Origin: the human T2T-CHM13v2.0 reference genome, Homo sapiens
DNA: 64,000 bases
Reading direction: 5' to 3' (one strand)
Assembly (NCBI RefSeq): GCF_009914755.1
Contig: NC_060946.1
Both the position numbers and the translations under genes were made by a program. The notes under the pieces were generated by a model. That model saw only the letters and a program-made list of their open reading frames with translations, was not told the origin of the DNA and ran no database searches. Below are positions 58,017 through 64,000 of the stretch, one piece after another. Within the stretch, counting starts at the first letter, position 1. Each line of letters starts with the position of its first letter.

Positions 58017-61000
58017 CCTCACATAGGATTCCAGAACACTGCTGGGTTCTGAGTGTTTGTCCCTCACATAGGATTCCAGAACTGTTCTGTAATCCTTTGT
58101 AAGGGATAAACATTCAGACCCTCGTAGCAGTGTTCCAGAATCCTATGTGAGGGACAAAAACTCAGAACCCAGCAGCAGTGTTCTGGAATCCCGTGTGAGC
58201 CACAAACATTCAGAACTTCGTAGCAGTGTTCTGGAATTCTATGTGAGGGACAAACACTCAGAACCCAGCAGCAGTGTTCTGGAGTCCAATGTGAGGGACA
58301 AACACTCAGAACCCAGCAGCAGTGTTCTGGAATCCTATGTGAGGGACGAATACTCTGAACTCAGCAGCAGGTTTCCGGAATCCCATGAGAGGGACAAATA
58401 CTCAGAACCCAGCAGCAGTGTTCTGGGATCCTATGTGAGGGACAAACACTCAGAACCCAGGAGCGGTGTTCTAGAATCCTTTGTGAGGGACAAACACTCA
58501 GAACCCAGCAGCAGTGTTCTGGAATCATATGTGAGGGACAAACACTCAGAACCCAGCAGCACTGTTCTGGAATCCTAAGTGAGGGACAAACACTCAGAAC
58601 CCAGCAGCAGTGTTCTGGAATCCTTTGTGATGGACAAACATTCAGACCCTCGTAGCAGTGCACTGGAATCCTATGTGAGGGACAACCACTCAGAACCCAG
58701 GAGCAGTGTTCTGGAATCCTCTGTGAGGGACAAACACTCAGAACACAGCAGCAGTGTTCTGGAACCTTATGTGAGAGACAAACACTCAGAACCCAGCAGA
58801 AGTGTTCTGGAATCCTATGTGATGGACAAATACCCAGAACCCACCCACTGTCTTCTGGAATCCTATCTAAGGGACAAACATTCAGACACTTGCAGAAGTG
58901 TTCTGGAATCCTATGTGAGGGACAAACCCTCAGCAACCAGGAGCAGTGCTCTGAAATCCTTTGTAAGGGACAAACAAACAGAATCCAGTAGCAGGGTTCT
59001 GGAATCCTTTCTGAGGGAAAAACATTCAGACCCTCTTAGCAGTGTTCTGGAATCTTTGTGTGGGACATTCAGACCCTCGTAGCAGTGTTCTGGAAACCAA
59101 TGTGAGTGCCAAACACTCAGAACCCAGCAACAGTGTTGTGGAATACTTGGTAAGGAACAAACATTCAGACAATCGCAGCATTGTTCTGGAATCCTAAGTG
59201 AGGGACAAACACTCAGAAATGAGCTGCAGTGTTCTAGAATTCTATGTAAGGGACAAACCCTCAGTACCGAGCGGCAGTGTTCTGGAATTCTATGTGAGGG
59301 ACAAACACTCAGAACAAAGCAGCAGTGTTCTGGAATCCTCTGTGAAAGACAAACACTCAGATCCCAGCAGCAGTGTTCTGATACCCTATGTGAGGGACAA
59401 ACACTCAGAACCCAGCCACTGTGTTCTGAAATCCTATCTGAAGGACAAACATTCGGAGCCTCGTAGAATTGTTCTGGAATCCTATGTGAGGGACAAACAC
59501 TCAGAAACCTATAGCAGTGTTCTGGAATCCTTTGTGACGGACAAACAAATAGAGCCCAACAGCCGTGTACTGTAATCCTATTTGACAGACAAACGCTCAC
59601 AACTCAGAAGCAGTGTTCTGCAATCATTTGTGAGGGACAAACATTCAGAACCTCGTAGCAGTGTTCTGGAATCGTATGTGAGGGACAAACACTTTGAACC
59701 TAGCAGTTGTGTACTGGAATCCCATGTGAGGGACAAACACTCAGAACCCAGCAGCAGTGCTCTGGAATCCTATGTGAGTGACAAACACTAAGAAACCAGC
59801 AGCAGTGTTTTAGAATCCTTTGTGAGGGACAAACATTCAGACCATCGAAACAGTGTTCTGGAATCCTGTGTGAGGGACAAACACTCAGATCCAGCAACAG
59901 TGTTCTAAAATCCTTTGTGATGGACAAAAATTCAGACCGTCATAGCCGTTTTCTGGAATCCAAGGTGAGGGACAAACACTCAGAACCCAGCAGCAGTGTT
60001 CTGGAATCCTATGTGAGGGACAAACACTCAGATCCAGCAGAAGTGTTCTGGAATACTCTGTGAGGGAAAAACATTCAGATACTCTTAGTAATGTTCTGGA
60101 ATCCTACGTGAGGGAAAAACATTCAGATACTCGTAGCATTGTTCTGGAATCCTATATGAGGGGCAAACACTCAGAACCCAGCAACAGTGTTCTGGAGTCT
60201 TTTGTGAGGGAAAAACATTCAGACCCTCGAAGCAGTGTTCTGGAATCCTATGTGAGGTACAAACACTCAGAACCCAGAAACAGTTTCCTTGAATCCTATG
60301 TGAGGGAGAAACACTCAGAACCCAGCAGCAGTGTTCTGGAATCCCATGTGAGTGTCAAACATTCAGAACCCAGCAGCATTGTTCTGGAATCCTATTTGAG
60401 CGACAAACATTCAGAACTTCGTACCTGTGTTCTGGAATGCTATGTGAGGGACAAACACTCAGAACCAAGCAGCAGTGTTCTGGAATCCTATGTGAGGGAG
60501 AAACACTCGGAACCCAGCAGCAGTGTTCTGGAATCCTATGTGAGGGTCAAACACTAAGAATCCAGCAGCAGTGTTCTGGAATCCTTTGTGAGGGACAAAC
60601 ATTCAGAACCTTTAGCAGTGTTCTGGAATTTTATGTGAGGGAAAACACTCTGAACCCAGCAGGAGTGTTTTTGAATCCCATGTGAGGGACAAATACACAG
60701 AACCCTGCAGCAGTGCTCTGGAATACTTTGTGAGGAACAAACATTGAGACTCTCAAAGCAGTTTTCTGGAATCCATTGTGAGGGACAGTCAGAACCCATA
60801 GCAGTGTTATGAATCCTTTGTGATGGACAAATATTCAGACCATCGTAGCAGTGTTCTGGTATCCTGAGTGAGGGACAAACACTCAGAAACCAGCAGCAGT
60901 GCTCTGGATCCCTTTGTGAGGGGCAAACAAACAGAACCCAGCAGGAGAGTTCTGGAATCCTATGTGAGGGACAAACACTCAGAACCCAGCAGCAGTTTTC

Positions 61001-64000
61001 TGGAATTCTTTGTGAGGGACAACATTCAGAAAATCATAGAAGTGTTCTGGAAACGTATGTGCGTGACACACTAAGAAACCAGCAGAAGTGCTCCTGAATC
61101 CTTTGACAGGGACAAACAATAGAAACCAGCCACAGTGTTCTGGAAGCCTTTGTGGGGGAAAAACATTGAAACCCTCGTAGCAGTGTTCTGGAATCCTATA
61201 TGAGGGACAAACAGTCAGAACCCAGCAACAGTGCTCTGGAATCCTTTGTGAGAGACAAACATTCAGACACTCAGCAGTGTTCTGGAATCCTATGTGAGGG
61301 AAAAACATTCAGACCGTCGTGCATTGTTCTGGAATTCTATATATGGCACAAACACTCAGAACTCAGCAGCAGTGCTCTGGAACCCTATGTGAGGGAAAAA
61401 CACTCAGAACCCAGCAGGATTGTTCTGGAATGCTATGTGTGGGACAAACACTCAGAACCCAGTAGCAGAGTTCTGGAATCCTATGTGAGGGACAAACACT
61501 CAGAACACAGCAGCTGTGTTCTGGAATCCTTTGTGATGCACAAAGTTTCAGAACCTCACAGCAGTGTTCTGGAATCGTATGTGAGGGACAAACACTCAGA
61601 ACCCAGCAGCAGTGTTCTAGAATCCTTTGAGAGGGAAAAACATTCAGAGCCTTGAAGCAGTGTTCTGGAATCCTATGTGATGGACAAACACTCAGAACCC
61701 AGCAGCAATATTCCGGAGTCCTTTGTGATGGACAAACATTCCGACCCTCGTAGCAGTGTTCTGCAATCCTATGTGAGGGATAAACACTCAGAAGCCAGCA
61801 GCTGTGTTCTGGAATCCCATGTGAGGGATAAACTCTCAGAACCCAGCAGCAGTCTTCTGTAATCCTATATGAGTGAGAAACACTCAGAACCCTGCAGCAG
61901 TTTTGTAGATTCCACTGTGAGATACAAACATTCAGACCCTCGTAGAAGTGTTCTGGAATCCTATGTGAGGGAAAAACTCTCAGAAACCTGCAGCAGTGCA
62001 CTGGAGTCCCTTGTGAGGGACAAACAAACACAACTGAGCAGCAGTGTTCTGGATTCCTTTGAGAGGCAAAAATATTCAGACCCTCGTAGCAGTGTTCTGG
62101 AATCCTATGTGAGGGACAAACACTCAGAACCCACCAGCAGTATTCTGGAATCCTATGTGGGGGACAAACACAACCCAGCCACAGTGTTCTGGAATCCTCT
62201 GTGAGCGACAAACATTCAGAAATTCGTAGCAGTGTTCTGAAATCCTATATGAGGGACAAACACTCAGAACCCAGCCACTGTGTTCTGGAATCCTATGTGA
62301 GGGACAATCATTCAGACCCTCGTAGCTGTGTTCTGTAATCTTATCTGAGGGACAAACATTCAGACCTTAGTATCAGTGTTCTGGAATCCTATGTGAGGGA
62401 CAAACGCTCAGAACCCAGCAGCACTGTTCTGGAATCCTATGTGAGGGACAAACACTCAGAACCCAGCAGCAGTACTCTGGAATAATTTGTGAGGGACAAA
62501 CATTCAGACAATCATAACAGTGTTCTGGAATCCTATGTGAGGGACAAACACTCAGAACGCAGCAGCAGTGTTCTGGAATCCTATGTGAGGGACAAACACT
62601 CAGAACGCAGCAGCAGTGTTCTGGAATCCTATGTGAGGAACAAACACTTAGAACCCAGCAGCACTGTTCTGGAATCCTATGTGAGGGACAAACACTCGGA
62701 AAGCCGCAGCAGTGTTCTGGAATCCTATGTGAGGGTCAAACACTCAGAAACCTGCAGCAGTGCTCTGGATTCCTTTGTGAGGGACAAACAAACAGAACCC
62801 AGCAGCAGAGTTCTGGAATCCTATGTAAGGGACACTCAGAACCCAGCAGCAGCATTCTGGAAACCTTTGTGAGGGACAAACATTCAGATCCTCATAGCAG
62901 TGTTCTGGAATCCTATGTGAGAGACAAACACTAAGAAAGCTGCAGCAGTGTTCTAGAATCCTATGTGAGGGACAAACACTCAGAGCCCAGCAGCAGTGTT
63001 CTGCAATCCTTTGTGAGGGTCAAACACTCAGACGCTCAGAACAGTGCTCTGTAATCCTATGTGAGGGATAAACACTCCGAACCCTGCAGCAGTGCTCTGA
63101 ATTCGTATGTGAGGGACAAGCATTCAGCTCCTCATAGCCCTGTTCTGGAATTCTCTGTGAGGGTCAAACATTCAGAACCTCGTAGCAATGTTCTGAAATA
63201 CTATGTGAGGTACAAAGCCTCAGAACTCAGCAGTAGTGTTCTGGAATCCTACGTGAGTGACAAACACTCAGAAACCAGCAGCAGTGTTCTAGAATCCTTT
63301 GTGAGGGACAAACATTTAGACTCTCGAAGCAGTGTTCTGTTATCCTATGTGAGGGACACTCAGATCCAGTAGCATTGTTCTGGAATCTTTTATGATGGAC
63401 AAACATTAAGGTCCTCGTAGCAGTTTTCTGGAATCCTATGTGAGGGGCAAACACTCAGAACCCAGCAGCAGTGTTCTGGAATCCAGTGTGTGGTACAAAC
63501 ACTCAGAACCGAGCCAGTGTGTACTGGAATCCTATCTCAGGGCCAAACATTCAGACCTTCGCAGAAGTGATCTGGAATCCTATGTGCGCAACAAACACTA
63601 AGTAACCAGCAGCAGTGCTCTGGAATCCTTTGTGAGGGACAAACAGAAACCAGCAGCAGTGTTCTGGAAGCCTTTGTGAGTGAAGAACATTCAGACCCTC
63701 GTAGCAGTGTTCTGGAATCCTACGTGCGGGACAATCACTCAGAAGCCAGCAGCACTGTTCTGGAATCCTATGTGAATGACAAATATTCAGAACCCAGAAT
63801 CAGTGTTCTGGATTCCTAAGTGAAGGACAAACTCTCAGAACCCAGCAGCAGTTGTCTGCAATCTTTCATGAGAGACAAATATTGAGTCTCAAACCAGTGT
63901 TCTGGAATCCTATGTAAGGGACAAGCATTCAGAGCCTCGTAGCAGTGCTCTGGAATCCTATATGAGGTACAAACACGAAGAACCCAGCAGCACTGTTCTG
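58017..64000. repeat. CER (48-bp, D22Z3-type) pericentromeric satellite, about 125 monomers, running off the window
   Basis: Tandem 48-mer GTGAGGGACAAACACTCAGAACCCAGCAGCAGTGTTCTGGAATCCTAT with a second monomer type (CATTCAGACCCTCGTAGC); 58017-58082 is in the opposite orientation. Confidence 0.92.

Noticed and set aside
58147-63454. Many ORFs with 16-aa repeats (VRDKHSEPSSSVLESY on +, Cys-rich PSHRIPEHCCWVLSVC on -)
   Set aside because: By-product of a 48-bp unit divisible by 3 with stop-free frames; frequent indels and stops, no gene structure.
58017-64000. CRISPR-like array
   Set aside because: Head-to-tail diverged monomers with no unique spacers and no cas genes; primate satellite.

Overview
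Primate (very likely human) pericentromeric, segmental-duplication-type DNA. I found no intact cellular protein-coding gene and no RNA gene or CRISPR array. The window is mostly retroelements: many Alus (one very young AluYa5-lineage copy), old L1M fragments, several L1PA copies including a full-length but inactivated L1PA2-type element with an open antisense ORF0, a THE1 LTR with internal sequence, a MER11 solo LTR and an MST LTR. On the minus strand lies an unprocessed ZNF91-subfamily KRAB zinc-finger pseudogene (KRAB-A, KRAB-B and a ~25-finger exon; ZNF355P/ZNF962P-like, paralog not determinable here). I could not find its first exon; upstream of it the sequence runs into a 48-bp CER satellite array (58.0 kb to the window end). 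I see no convincing new biological system. The most interesting unexplained signal is a recurring fold-back (inverted, locally templated) sequence at three separate L1 junctions, one of which is the boundary between the duplicon and the satellite. Other points worth checking are a 6-finger block duplication in the zinc-finger array, a nested AT-rich palindrome, a 155-bp templated insertion and relic higher-order structure in the CER array. Repeat subfamily and gene names come from recalled consensus sequences, not from a search.
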